Positions 8,376-17,836 of a stretch of DNA of 64,000 bases are shown one piece after another. The DNA is from Shigella phage SSP1. Positions within the stretch are counted from its first letter, which is position 1. Every line of letters begins with the position of its first letter. The stretch lies in sequence record KY963424; one strand, written 5' to 3'. The notes below the pieces were generated by a model. The model ran no database searches and was not told the DNA's origin. It saw nothing but the letters and a program-made list of their open reading frames with translations. The position numbers were made by a program, and so were the translations under genes.

Positions 8376-9032
8376 TTGGAAAAGTTCTTACAATTATTAA
8401 CGGTACTGCTCCAAGAAGCGAAAGATCCAGCATCGCTTCTTAAACGTCTGCTAACTATCTTAGTTGCTGTCATTATTTTCTTATTTGTTAGTAATACTAG
8501 TGAGGTGATGTCATTCTTAAAGACTTTCTCCACGTCTGCGGTTCTACAGGATGTTCAAACTCAAAGGATAAGTAATTTTCCTAACGTAGCTAGAGAAAAG
8601 AGCATGGTGCTTTTTTCCCAAACGGGTGCGGATGCTGTTTTTGTCGTAAAGTATAAACCCGATGCCGTTAATGATTATTCTAACATTATTGCATGGGAAA
8701 GCAATGCGCAATTAGATAGGACTGACTTGGCCGATAAAGCGGTAAATAAAACGTCTGAGCTATATAGACGACACTTAGACGGCTTTAACTACGCATCGGA
8801 CTTAAGTGTAAAAGTAAATAAATACATGGGGTTAAATATACCTGCGTTTAAGAATGTTACTTTTAATTACATATACACTTGTCCGTATTTCAATCTAAAC
8901 AATATCTATGCTGGATATATTGGTATTGCTTGGAAAGATAATCCTGTAGATGCAGCCGATTCTGAGAAATTTAACGAGTACTTAACAAAGCTCTGTTCCC
9001 CACAACAGAGATCTTTAGGTAGATCAATATGA
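8376..9032 (+). CDS. hol: holin (T5-type)
   Basis: 218 aa, N-terminal TM LLKRLLTILVAVIIFLFV, immediately upstream of and coupled to endolysin; TTG start. Confidence 0.7.
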   Translation: MEKFLQLLTVLLQEAKDPASLLKRLLTILVAVIIFLFVSNTSEVMSFLKTFSTSAVLQDVQTQRISNFPNVAREKSMVLFSQTGADAVFVVKYKPDAVNDYSNIIAWESNAQLDRTDLADKAVNKTSELYRRHLDGFNYASDLSVKVNKYMGLNIPAFKNVTFNYIYTCPYFNLNNIYAGYIGIAWKDNPVDAADSEKFNEYLTKLCSPQQRSLGRSI

Positions 9033-9442
9033 GTTTTAAATTTAGTCAAAGAAGTTTAGATAGATTAAAAGGTGTTCATCCAGACTTAGTAAGAGTAACT
9101 CATAGGGCTTTAGAATTAAGCCCGTATGATTTTACGATTACAGAAGGACTTCGTTCTCTAGAGCAAAGTGCTAAGAATATTGCTAATGGAACCTCGTTTT
9201 TAAAAGACCCAAGCAAATCCAAGCATGTTCAAGGTAGGGCGGTAGATTTTGCTCCACTTAAGGATGGAAAGATTGACTGGAATGACCTAGAATCCTTCAA
9301 GTTAGTGGCAGATGCCTTCTTCAAAGCAGCCGAAGAGCTAGGAGTAAAGATTAGATGGGGTGGTGATTGGAACCAAAATGGAAGTTATAAGGATGAAATC
9401 CAACGAGGTACTTTTGACGGACCACACATAGAACTAGTTTAA
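9029..9442 (+). CDS. lys: endolysin, L-alanyl-D-glutamate peptidase (M15 family)
   Basis: 137 aa; ALELSPYDFTITEGLRS..NIANGTSFLKDPSKSKH..DF..DWND matches recalled T5 endolysin. Confidence 0.85.
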   Translation: MSFKFSQRSLDRLKGVHPDLVRVTHRALELSPYDFTITEGLRSLEQSAKNIANGTSFLKDPSKSKHVQGRAVDFAPLKDGKIDWNDLESFKLVADAFFKAAEELGVKIRWGGDWNQNGSYKDEIQRGTFDGPHIELV

Positions 9443-9453
9443 TTAATAACTGA

Positions 9454-9477
9454 GGCGGGAATATTCCCGCCTTTTTA
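9454..9477 (+). terminator. intrinsic terminator
   Basis: Perfect palindrome GGCGGGAAT/ATTCCCGCC followed by TTTTT. Confidence 0.8.
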
Positions 9478-9519
9478 GGCAAAGGGGGCTTTAATAATTT
9501 TTGAAGATAGGAGAAAGCC

Positions 9520-9936
9520 ATGTTTGCAGAACTATTCCTTATGATGCTGCTGGGTATCTGGAAAATAAGTCTAGTAGTATTCGTTTTAATGATAGTCTTT
9601 ACTATCCTTGCATTAACTACCCGAAATAGCTTATTAATAAAGGTTATTCACGGACTAGAGTATATAATTATGGGTTCATTCGGCGTTTGTAAATGCAATT
9701 GCCATAGAGATACGAAATATTGTTGGTTATGGATGGAACTAGAGAATCCTATATCCATAGCTTTGGCTGTTTCATTCGGCATGATTCTTATGGCCCTTAT
9801 TCTAGCATTAATACCTTTGATGTTAGCTGGGGGAGTTACAGCGTATTTCACCCTTTTCTCCCCGATACTTATGTACTCAATTTACCCAATAACTATGTAT
9901 CTAGTTAGGAGAAGATTTATACATGCAGTAGATTAA
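9520..9936 (+). CDS. hypothetical polytopic membrane protein
   Basis: Several hydrophobic segments across 138 aa. Confidence 0.5.
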   Translation: MFAELFLMMLLGIWKISLVVFVLMIVFTILALTTRNSLLIKVIHGLEYIIMGSFGVCKCNCHRDTKYCWLWMELENPISIALAVSFGMILMALILALIPLMLAGGVTAYFTLFSPILMYSIYPITMYLVRRRFIHAVD

Positions 9937-9949
9937 GATAAAAAAGTAG

Positions 9950-9978
9950 TTGACTTTTAGCCCTAGTTATTGTATAAT
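9950..9978 (+). promoter_or_regulatory. T5 early-type promoter (TTGACT-N17-TATAAT)
   Basis: -35 9950-9955, -10 9973-9978, leader ACATAAATTAGTTAAGAGAGG. Confidence 0.75.
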
Positions 9979-10011
9979 ATATACATAAATTAGTTAAGAG
10001 AGGTATATATT

Positions 10012-10443
10012 ATGTCTGATCGTTTCTATACTCAAATGGCGGAACATTTTCGTATACCACATTACGAGCTAAACATTGCACTCCGTGACCATGACTCTCC
10101 TGAGTACAAAAAGCTCGAAAAGAAAGCGGAAAAATCTATTGATACAAAGGTAGGTGCATCTATGTCTAAGGGCAAAAAGTTAACTCGTCTTGATCTTAAT
10201 AAAATTTTAACTGAACTTTTGGGTACTGATATTGAAGGTGCTAAATTACCGCTTCTTGTACTAGAGACTATGATTAAAAAGGTCAAAAATAAAGAATATA
10301 AGAAGGTAGAAGTCCCAGAAGGCAGATTAAAGGCTCCTTATCAGGAAGCATTAACCGAGTGTTTGGGTGTAAATCTTGATCTGAGCACCGCAACAGTAAA
10401 AACCATGAAAAACTTCTTAGAGGCCATTAATAACTATGAGTAA
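10012..10443 (+). CDS. hypothetical protein
   Basis: ORF downstream of consensus promoter. Confidence 0.55.
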   Translation: MSDRFYTQMAEHFRIPHYELNIALRDHDSPEYKKLEKKAEKSIDTKVGASMSKGKKLTRLDLNKILTELLGTDIEGAKLPLLVLETMIKKVKNKEYKKVEVPEGRLKAPYQEALTECLGVNLDLSTATVKTMKNFLEAINNYE

Positions 10444-10726
10444 ATTAGTATATCTATTGAAAGGTTCCACGTGTCGTCCTTGTGCTCTTTTCGAGCCAGT
10501 ATTTGATAAAGTAGTCAGTGACTATAATTTGGAAGTCCACAAAGAGACTGATAATACAGAATTAATGCAGAAATTTGGTGTGCGCCAAGTTCCTGTAGTA
10601 GTTCTGGCAGATCGCTTACCTAATGGTCGAGTAGAAGCTAATCATATTTTGATTGGACGTCAGCTTCGTAAAGAAACTATGCACGAAGCTATTAAAAATT
10701 TCCTGGATGATAATCCAGAGGACTAA
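10436..10726 (+). CDS. thioredoxin/glutaredoxin-like protein
   Basis: CxxC active-site-like CRPC near N-terminus and VPVVV beta-strand typical of thioredoxin fold. Confidence 0.55.
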   Translation: MSKLVYLLKGSTCRPCALFEPVFDKVVSDYNLEVHKETDNTELMQKFGVRQVPVVVLADRLPNGRVEANHILIGRQLRKETMHEAIKNFLDDNPED

Positions 10727-10732
10727 TAAACA

Positions 10733-10765
10733 AAGCCTGATCTTAGCTGATCAGGCTTTTATTTT
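10733..10765 (+). terminator. intrinsic terminator
   Basis: 10-bp stem AAGCCTGATC/GATCAGGCTT then TTTTATTTT. Confidence 0.8.
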
Positions 10766-10767
10766 AC

Positions 10768-10796
10768 TTGCTTTTTGCTAAAAATTTTGGTATAAT
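10768..10796 (+). promoter_or_regulatory. T5 early-type promoter (TTGCTT-N17-TATAAT)
   Basis: -35 10768-10773, -10 10791-10796, leader ATAAATTGATAGGAG. Confidence 0.75.
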
Positions 10797-10824
10797 ACTT
10801 ATATAAATTGATAGGAGTATTACG

Positions 10825-11202
10825 ATGAACTATGCATATCTAATTATTAATAACAATGTAGTTTGTGGTACTCGCGCCGTTGAGATGGGTATTACAGAAG
10901 AAAAGTATAAGTCACTTCCAGAAAAGGAACAACAATATTATGTTGAAGAAGCTGCTTGGGAATATGCTGATGTTTATCCCGAACAACGTGAAGATCGCGT
11001 TACTATTGTTGTTTCTTTGGGGCTGGTTGGCTGTGATACCGAAGTTGATACAGACCTAGAGACTTTAGAAGAGTGGGAAGAATTAGACATTTCAGCTAAA
11101 AACTCTTTAATCCGTGAGGCTTTTTGGGAAGCAGTTGACTGCCATGTTGTCTTCGAGCCTAACGATGAGGAAGCTGAGAAGCATACTAACCAATGGGGAT
11201 AA
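10825..11202 (+). CDS. hypothetical acidic protein
   Basis: ORF downstream of promoter. Confidence 0.55.
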   Translation: MNYAYLIINNNVVCGTRAVEMGITEEKYKSLPEKEQQYYVEEAAWEYADVYPEQREDRVTIVVSLGLVGCDTEVDTDLETLEEWEELDISAKNSLIREAFWEAVDCHVVFEPNDEEAEKHTNQWG

Positions 11203-11206
11203 TTAA

Positions 11207-11452
11207 ATGTTAGCGGAACAAGCAAAACGTTTAGCCAGGATAAATAGAGCTGCACTCCTTAAGAGCAAGAAGAAAACGTATAAGTATATTAAAAAGAGAA
11301 TAGTTTCTTCCGTAGGTATTGGAGGTTCTTTTGTACAGTTTAATCGTGATGAAATTAGTTATGAAGCTATAAAAGCCCTCTATAAAGAGGGCTATACTCT
11401 CCAACTATCTAATGATTATGGCACAACTATTTTAACTGTTATTTGGGAATAA
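11207..11452 (+). CDS. hypothetical protein
   Basis: ORF with basic N-terminus. Confidence 0.45.
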   Translation: MLAEQAKRLARINRAALLKSKKKTYKYIKKRIVSSVGIGGSFVQFNRDEISYEAIKALYKEGYTLQLSNDYGTTILTVIWE

Positions 11453-12306
11453 TTATGAAAAAAGAATTTAACCTGCATGAAATGTTAGTAGTACCAGACG
11501 ATGCTAATCTGTTCTTCGTAGGAGATATTCACGGCTGTAATGATATGCTGGAAGATGCTCTTAAACTAGCAGGATATAAAGAAAAGCGTGACTATGTTGT
11601 CTGTGTTGGTGACTTAATTGACCGAGGCACACAAAACCTACAAGTCTTAGCCAAATTCCTATATAATCCACGTTTTATCAGTGTACGTGGTAATCATGAT
11701 CAATTTATGATTGTGGGAGATTGGGCTAATTGGATGTATAATGGTGGTATGTGGGCCATGAATGAACTAGATGCAGACACCATTAAAAATATTGCCGAAG
11801 ATATGGCTGAAAAAATGCCTCTACTTATGACTGTGCTACATAGAGGGAAAAAATATGGTGTAGCACATGCCGCAGTACCAATTGAATACAAAGAATGTGG
11901 CAATGAAGTAAAAATCCCTAATTGGGACAATCTAGTAGTACAACTAGAACATGCCACAGGTCATGAGTTAGGGGATCTTATGGATGCCTACCTATGGGAT
12001 CGTGATGTTATTCAAGATGTATTTTCCCATATGTCTGAGGATGCAAATCACCCATACTTTAAAAAGTATGCAGGGATGCCGGAAGAACTAATAAACGTAG
12101 TGCCAGAAGTTAAAGGGGTAGATTTCGTGTTTCACGGACATACTGGAGTTCCTTACCCACTTCTTTATAAGAACCGTGTTTATCTTGATACTGGCGGTGT
12201 TTTCAACGGGCAGTTGACGGTTGCGCAAGTTAACGATGAAACTGGCAAAATCACCACATTTACCACAGACAAAAATGATAGCTGCGGTGTACAGAGGATT
12301 CTTTAA
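11443..12306 (+). CDS. Ser/Thr protein phosphatase (metallophosphatase)
   Basis: Motifs GDIHGC, GDLIDRG, GNHD characteristic of PPP-family phosphatases. Confidence 0.8.
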   Translation: MGIIMKKEFNLHEMLVVPDDANLFFVGDIHGCNDMLEDALKLAGYKEKRDYVVCVGDLIDRGTQNLQVLAKFLYNPRFISVRGNHDQFMIVGDWANWMYNGGMWAMNELDADTIKNIAEDMAEKMPLLMTVLHRGKKYGVAHAAVPIEYKECGNEVKIPNWDNLVVQLEHATGHELGDLMDAYLWDRDVIQDVFSHMSEDANHPYFKKYAGMPEELINVVPEVKGVDFVFHGHTGVPYPLLYKNRVYLDTGGVFNGQLTVAQVNDETGKITTFTTDKNDSCGVQRIL

Positions 12307-12827
12307 TGAAAGTTCGCTTTTGGAGTGATCTCCACTTGGGGCATGCAAATATTACTAAATTCAGACCAATCTTCTCTACTATGGAAGAGCATGATGAATT
12401 TATTATGGATACTATTACATCCATGAAAGATAAGCGTACAGTATTCTATATTTTAGGAGACGCATTTGTATCTAGAAATGGTTTGGAGAAGTTCGAAAAA
12501 CTCTTTGGCAATGTTAGAACTACGTTAGTTCTGGGAAACCACGACTTAGAACGAGAAGGATTATCTTTCAAAGACTTAATAGGAGTTGTAGATAACGTAC
12601 AATCACTAGTTAAATATAAAAACTTCTGGCTTTCCCATGCTCCAATACACCCTGGGGAGCTGAGAGGTAAAAAGAACTTACATGGGCATACTCACTTTGA
12701 GTTAATGGGAGATCCTCGTTATATTAACGTTTGTGTCGAGTATGCAAAATCACCAGTACGCCTGGAAGACATCATGGGTGGTAAGTACACTTCGCATGAT
12801 AAAACTAGTTGGATGTTAGATGTCTAA
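12306..12827 (+). CDS. calcineurin-like metallophosphoesterase
   Basis: Motifs DLHLGH, GDAF, GNHD, HGHTH. Confidence 0.7.
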   Translation: MKVRFWSDLHLGHANITKFRPIFSTMEEHDEFIMDTITSMKDKRTVFYILGDAFVSRNGLEKFEKLFGNVRTTLVLGNHDLEREGLSFKDLIGVVDNVQSLVKYKNFWLSHAPIHPGELRGKKNLHGHTHFELMGDPRYINVCVEYAKSPVRLEDIMGGKYTSHDKTSWMLDV

Positions 12828-12935
12828 GTATATAGCTGAGGCTATTATTAAACGAATCATACAAGCGATAGCGATACTTATAATCATTTGTATTGCTATT
12901 GGTACGGGATTAGGCATTTTAATTAAAAGTTTTAT

Positions 12936-12964
12936 TTGCTAAAATGCTTAAGTTTCTGTATAAT
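12936..12964 (+). promoter_or_regulatory. T5 early-type promoter (TTGCTA-N17-TATAAT)
   Basis: -35 12936-12941, -10 12959-12964, leader ATAAATTGATGAGAAGG. Confidence 0.75.
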
Positions 12965-12994
12965 TACTTTATAAATTGATGAGAAGGAATCAAA

Positions 12995-13426
12995 ATGAAC
13001 AAAGTTGATAAAGCTCTAGTTTTCGCAGCAGCAGATAAGTTTGAACAAGTTAAGGCAACTTTCCGAACCTTGTTCCAGTCTTACGTTCAGGATAAGTCTA
13101 ATCCTATCTCTGAACGTTTGATGGTCTGGGAATGTCATGCTTGCAATGCCCTATTAATTGCGGATTATCGTAGCGATATAGATAAAAATCTGTGCGAAAT
13201 TCTTATCCCTGAGGAGGCAGAACGTTATCAGTTAATCTCTTTCCAAGATTTGGCGGAGCATATCATTCCTGATGATCTTTGGGATAAATACTACGGTGAT
13301 CCTGAAGATGAGGGAATGACTCCAGAAGCCTGTATTGAGCTGATCTGCAAAGATCATCCTGAAATTGCAGAGAAATTTGAAAAAGTTTTTGCTTCTGAGT
13401 TCTCCGGCGTTGTTAACGATTGGTAA
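12995..13426 (+). CDS. hypothetical acidic protein
   Basis: ORF downstream of promoter. Confidence 0.55.
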   Translation: MNKVDKALVFAAADKFEQVKATFRTLFQSYVQDKSNPISERLMVWECHACNALLIADYRSDIDKNLCEILIPEEAERYQLISFQDLAEHIIPDDLWDKYYGDPEDEGMTPEACIELICKDHPEIAEKFEKVFASEFSGVVNDW

Positions 13427-13443
13427 GTACTTAAAAAATTCAG

Positions 13444-13472
13444 TTGCTTTAAGCCTTAAAATTCTGTATAAT
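13444..13472 (+). promoter_or_regulatory. T5 early-type promoter (TTGCTT-N17-TATAAT)
   Basis: -35 13444-13449, -10 13467-13472, leader CATAAATTAATGAGAGAGG. Confidence 0.75.
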
Positions 13473-13504
13473 AAGTTCATAAATTAATGAGAGAGGAAAT
13501 TCTA

Positions 13505-13756
13505 ATGGAAAACATGACTAAAAATGAAATGGCTAACGTTCTGGCAATTCTCCTCGATATGCAAGGATTTGAGGGGCAACTGATGAAAATGTCTATTCCG
13601 GCAATGAAAAAGATGTATGATTCCCTGAATAAGAATGCTATGGCGTTCAACCTTGCAAAACAGGAAGCACGTTTTGCGAAAGAGCATCAGGCAACTGCCG
13701 AACGCCGTGCAGCATCCTTTGAGCGTGAAGTTAAGCAACTGAAAGGTAAGAAATAA
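13505..13756 (+). CDS. hypothetical protein
   Basis: Track ORF starts at ATG inside the conserved promoter leader; real start more likely ATG 13505. Confidence 0.5.
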   Translation: MENMTKNEMANVLAILLDMQGFEGQLMKMSIPAMKKMYDSLNKNAMAFNLAKQEARFAKEHQATAERRAASFEREVKQLKGKK

Positions 13757-13917
13757 TGGAGAATAAACTAGCATTAGTAGCAATAATGGTAGTTTTCCAA
13801 GCGATATTTTTGGGACTTATCCACAATAAAGTTTCTAAACTAGAAAACTCAGCAAAAGAACTGAAAGTAGAAATGTGTAAATTAGTCCCGGATAACGAAA
13901 AATGTAGGGGTATTTAA
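13756..13917 (+). CDS. small hydrophobic protein (53 aa)
   Basis: TAATG-coupled to both neighbours; TM segment LALVAIMVVFQAIFLGLI; below ORF-track length cutoff. Confidence 0.4.
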   Translation: MENKLALVAIMVVFQAIFLGLIHNKVSKLENSAKELKVEMCKLVPDNEKCRGI

Positions 13918-14198
13918 TGTTAATTGAAATTCTCATCGGATTGCTAGTGCTTATGACACTAGCAGCGATTGGTGGGGTTATTGGTATTGTAAGCCTACGA
14001 AAAAATATGGAGAGTATGCTTATTACTAATAGTGGACTCCACTGCCGCTTAATAGGACAAGAACAAGATATTGAACTAGCTCAGAGACGCTCAGATATTC
14101 TAAAAGAAAAACTAAACAATATCGAAGCAATTGCTGGGAATACAAAACTACCTAATAAAGTAATGCGTGCACAGATAATTACGGAGATTAAAAAATGA
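13917..14198 (+). CDS. hypothetical membrane protein
   Basis: N-terminal TM segment MLIEILIGLLVLMTLAAIGGVIGIV. Confidence 0.5.
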   Translation: MLIEILIGLLVLMTLAAIGGVIGIVSLRKNMESMLITNSGLHCRLIGQEQDIELAQRRSDILKEKLNNIEAIAGNTKLPNKVMRAQIITEIKK

Positions 14199-14440
14199 TG
14201 ATGTTTATTCTAGCGTTTTATCTAATTGTGGTTAGTGTACTGGTTACTAAATACCACACATGGACGCCAAAGAATGTTGTTAAGGTAGCCTTATTTGTTA
14301 TTCCAGTTCCACTTATTATCTTTTCTATGTTACTGGTGATGTTAGTTGGTAAAATAACAAAAACTGATATTAAACGTATTGCTTATGAATTGCAACAGTC
14401 TTGTGATATGGTAGAGGATATTCTTAAAGATGAAGCTTAA
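14195..14440 (+). CDS. hypothetical membrane protein
   Basis: Two hydrophobic segments; overlapping stop/start with neighbours. Confidence 0.5.
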   Translation: MMMFILAFYLIVVSVLVTKYHTWTPKNVVKVALFVIPVPLIIFSMLLVMLVGKITKTDIKRIAYELQQSCDMVEDILKDEA

Positions 14441-14756
14441 TTTTAATGAATTAAATACCTTACATGAGATATTACAGTTTGTGAATAATAATATTAGTAT
14501 TCCAGATGATACACTAGAAGTTCTCATGTTAATCGAGAAAAAGGTAGGAATTGAAATTGAGGACTCTTGGAAACCACTTTCTGTATTAACACCACTTAAT
14601 ATGAAAGTGATAGTTAAAAATATTGATACTGGTGAAGAGTGTGAAATGATTCGTAAAGAACTAGCTGATAGCTATTCACCAAAGTCTGTAGTAATGTACC
14701 ATGATGATACTGCTAAGACTCTACAGACAGCTAGTTACGTATGGCGTCTCCCATGA
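14430..14756 (+). CDS. hypothetical protein
   Basis: ORF in coupled array. Confidence 0.45.
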   Translation: MKLNFNELNTLHEILQFVNNNISIPDDTLEVLMLIEKKVGIEIEDSWKPLSVLTPLNMKVIVKNIDTGEECEMIRKELADSYSPKSVVMYHDDTAKTLQTASYVWRLP

Positions 14757-14855
14757 TTGATTTAGTACCAATTACTGCGGGGCTACTAGCACTATTAGTG
14801 CTCGCAGTTTTTATTATTGTGGAGCAGGCCAAAGTAATAAGGAGACTTAAAAACA

Positions 14856-15056
14856 ATGATAAAACGTCTTGTTTATCAGGCACCAAAGATTGTAACTGAG
14901 TATTTTGTATTACTGCCTCAGATTGTATTTCTAACAGCATTATTTAATATACTTTTTCGACATCTAGGAATAACGGAAAATATCTTCTACACTTCTGAAC
15001 TACTTCCTTTTATGTACGAAGGCATCATCGTGGCAATTAACGGAGTTCGTAAATGA
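14856..15056 (+). CDS. hypothetical small membrane protein
   Basis: Hydrophobic stretch YFVLLPQIVFLTALFNILF. Confidence 0.4.
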   Translation: MIKRLVYQAPKIVTEYFVLLPQIVFLTALFNILFRHLGITENIFYTSELLPFMYEGIIVAINGVRK

Positions 15057-15514
15057 CAGCACTACAACAACTACAGAATTACTGGTTTGATAACCAATTT
15101 AACGATCTCTTCATCCAGTTGTTTGTCGAAACGAACGGACGCTTCAACTACCGATTCTTTAATAAGTTTCACGAAACAAAATTCTCGCATACAGAAATTA
15201 ATGCAGCGATCCAAGACCTAACTGGTTCTAAAGTAGTTCAATATCGTGAAGTAGACTTTACACCAGATTGTTTTGGGTTTGAATTGTTTAAGAAAGCATA
15301 TAAATTTGGTAAGTTTGAGGATGCTCGTCAATGGGTTCATGATTTCTGGTACAACACTGATATTGTTCCTAGTCGTGTGCTGATTCTTAACTGGATTGCT
15401 AAGCAACATCCACCTAAAGCTCAATCGTCCTTCTTACCAACTGACACAGGAAACCTCTACCATGACAGAAAAGAAAAATCCATTGCTGGAGCAGATGAAG
15501 GAATGGGAGAGTAA
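15053..15514 (+). CDS. hypothetical protein
   Basis: 153-aa ORF overlapping previous stop. Confidence 0.5.
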   Translation: MTALQQLQNYWFDNQFNDLFIQLFVETNGRFNYRFFNKFHETKFSHTEINAAIQDLTGSKVVQYREVDFTPDCFGFELFKKAYKFGKFEDARQWVHDFWYNTDIVPSRVLILNWIAKQHPPKAQSSFLPTDTGNLYHDRKEKSIAGADEGMGE

Positions 15515-15833
15515 TATTGAATCTGGTCTAGTAGATGGAGAAGATATTGTTAACTCTATGTTAGAAGTAACAATAGATAATATTGATCCCATCTTAGCTA
15601 GTGAAACCTCAGATCTTATAGGACTTTCTATTGCATTCGATTCTTTGGCTAAATTAGCTTTAGATGATGAAGAGATAACCAAAGAAGATCTCGCCTCAGC
15701 TATGAATATGGCTATTAACGCTTACATTGGCAAACGTACCGATGAACTCGACAAACAAATCAAAAAGCGTGATACAACGTTAAATCTTATGGAAACGGCC
15801 ACTATGTTAAGAAGTGGTAAGCAACTTCATTAA
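15462..15833 (+). CDS. hypothetical acidic protein (start ambiguous: 15396, 15462 or 15495)
   Basis: ORF overlaps the previous gene; several in-frame ATGs. Confidence 0.4.
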   Translation: MTEKKNPLLEQMKEWESNIESGLVDGEDIVNSMLEVTIDNIDPILASETSDLIGLSIAFDSLAKLALDDEEITKEDLASAMNMAINAYIGKRTDELDKQIKKRDTTLNLMETATMLRSGKQLH

Positions 15834-15840
15834 TTTTAGA

Positions 15841-15868
15841 GGCCAGGACTTAATTGTTCTGGCCTTTT
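15841..15868 (+). terminator. putative intrinsic terminator
   Basis: GGCCAG...CTGGCC stem followed by TTTT. Confidence 0.6.
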
Positions 15869-15887
15869 GTGTTTCAAGGAATATAAT

Positions 15888-16085
15888 ATGAAAGCACTAG
15901 ATAATTACTTAAAGGCTAAATATAGCCCTACAGAAGATCAATCTGCTGTAACTTGTGAAATAAGTCGAAATAATACAGTACGATTGGCTCAAAAAGGCGG
16001 AGGAACATCTGCCAGTATTATTTGGCTATCAGAAGAACAAGCAAAAGACTTGTACCATAAACTAGACAAGTTATTTAACAAGTAG
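15888..16085 (+). CDS. hypothetical protein
   Basis: ATG with AGGA RBS; track ORF uses upstream TTG. Confidence 0.45.
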   Translation: MKALDNYLKAKYSPTEDQSAVTCEISRNNTVRLAQKGGGTSASIIWLSEEQAKDLYHKLDKLFNK

Positions 16086-16086
16086 T

Positions 16087-16533
16087 ATGAGAGAAAAAGT
16101 AAATGAATTATTAATCGAGGAAGCTAACAACTTCCCAATAAATAGGTTTATCAAATCGGATGGGTCTATTAATAGAACTAAGATTAAGCAGTTACATCCC
16201 GACTTTCAACAAGAAGCACTAAACCTTATATTTATCAAGAAAGCTGTTGCAGTTCATGGAGCTTTCTTTGGGTATGAGCGTGTAAATTACAAAACAATGC
16301 AACAACAAGTCGAGATCTACTGTCCAGATCATGAAGGATATTACTGGCAAACTGCTAGATCTCATTTAGAAGGGCATGGTTGTCGACTGTGTGCACACAA
16401 GGTTGTACAGCGTGTCACGGATTATGGAACTTATACCGTGCCAGCATGTTATCATAAATTTGTAATTGACGATAATCATATAGTTTGGTATAATAAGTTT
16501 TCAAAGCTAAGAATGGAGATAAATAGTGAGTAG
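16087..16533 (+). CDS. hypothetical protein with Cys/His cluster
   Basis: CPDHEGYYW...HLEGHGCRLCAHK suggests a metal-binding site. Confidence 0.5.
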   Translation: MREKVNELLIEEANNFPINRFIKSDGSINRTKIKQLHPDFQQEALNLIFIKKAVAVHGAFFGYERVNYKTMQQQVEIYCPDHEGYYWQTARSHLEGHGCRLCAHKVVQRVTDYGTYTVPACYHKFVIDDNHIVWYNKFSKLRMEINSE

Positions 16534-16816
16534 CTATATTATATGGTCAAATCCATTAGCAGCACTTAGTAACAAACTATTTAAAACAACGTTGGGCTAT
16601 AATGAAATAGACTTAAGCAGTCGCCCCATACCAAATACATGCTCACTAGTCCCAGATCTGTATAAAGTAGTAATAAATAACGTAGAATATTTGGTTGACG
16701 AATTTGACAGAAGGTATATACTAGAGAGTATTTATGATGCCAGTATATCAATGAATGAATTGATAGAGCATGCCCAAATGTGTGATAAAAGTTGGATGTT
16801 AATATGGAAATCATAG
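16526..16816 (+). CDS. hypothetical protein
   Basis: ORF in coupled array. Confidence 0.45.
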   Translation: MSSYIIWSNPLAALSNKLFKTTLGYNEIDLSSRPIPNTCSLVPDLYKVVINNVEYLVDEFDRRYILESIYDASISMNELIEHAQMCDKSWMLIWKS

Positions 16817-17037
16817 CAATTATTTTAGTAGTTATGTTATTCATCGTAGTACTTGTATCTTTTGCTATTATGCGTAGAGCTAGAGAACTAGCAGAAGATC
16901 TAGTAAAATTACGTGGTGAGTTGGCTGCTCTTAAACTACAACGAGAGGCCTTAAAAGTATTTGTAGCTCAAGGTAGCGCAGCGCATACAGCAGAAGACTT
17001 CATCGTATCTCTCAAACGTTACATGGGAATCAAATAA
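16792..17037 (+). CDS. hypothetical membrane protein
   Basis: N-terminal TM segment IIAIILVVMLFIVVLVSFAIM. Confidence 0.45.
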   Translation: MDVNMEIIAIILVVMLFIVVLVSFAIMRRARELAEDLVKLRGELAALKLQREALKVFVAQGSAAHTAEDFIVSLKRYMGIK

Positions 17038-17222
17038 TGGAAACATTACTTCTTGTATTACTAGGAGGCTCACTCCTAATAATCCTGGGGCTGATACTGA
17101 TTTGCAGTCGCCTCAATACTAAGAATCTAGAGTTAACCTGTGAGAATGAAATTCTCAATAATGAACTCTTTCAATATAACATCGCAGCTCATAAACTGTT
17201 AGACAAACTGGAGGATATATAA
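17037..17222 (+). CDS. hypothetical small membrane protein
   Basis: N-terminal TM segment LLLVLLGGSLLIILGLILI. Confidence 0.45.
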   Translation: METLLLVLLGGSLLIILGLILICSRLNTKNLELTCENEILNNELFQYNIAAHKLLDKLEDI

Positions 17223-17836
17223 TGTTTACACAACAACCTATTCAAGTAGTACCGGATCATGAACTGAACACATGGGATTATAGCTTTAAAGATTTAACTG
17301 CTACTGTACAATTTAAATCTATGAAGCTAACATTTGCACATACGGATCTTAAAGCCTGTAAAGATCTTGAAGGTAAGCTCGAAGATGCTCGTAAGATTTT
17401 TGGCAAGGCTCGCATCCCAGCTGATAATCTAATTAACGCATTAATCGATGCAGGGTACAAACTTGTGAAGACTGAGGTGAACCGCCCTAGTACTCCAGTG
17501 ACTATTAGAGATCCGTGGCCGTCAGGGACAATCTCAATGCTGAATAACTCCGATAAAAGATTAATGTCGGATATGCACAATGTTCCTTGTGGGGGTGTGG
17601 TAAGTAGTACGCAGTCATATAAGTTTGGGGAAGATTACGGCCCTTCTGTACAGCTGAAACATACTCAAGAAGCTTTTGAATCTGATATGCGAAGCGTAGC
17701 ACCTGCGGATGCTGGAGTTTCTAGGAGTTCTGTTTATGCTATTCATTTTAATAATCCTAGTAAACATGGAAGTTTAGAGGATGCTATTATGGAGGCGTTG
17801 GGAGCCGCTATTAATGAAGATAAGAGAGGTAATTAA
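17222..17836 (+). CDS. hypothetical protein
   Basis: 204-aa ORF coupled to neighbours. Confidence 0.5.
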   Translation: MFTQQPIQVVPDHELNTWDYSFKDLTATVQFKSMKLTFAHTDLKACKDLEGKLEDARKIFGKARIPADNLINALIDAGYKLVKTEVNRPSTPVTIRDPWPSGTISMLNNSDKRLMSDMHNVPCGGVVSSTQSYKFGEDYGPSVQLKHTQEAFESDMRSVAPADAGVSRSSVYAIHFNNPSKHGSLEDAIMEALGAAINEDKRGN

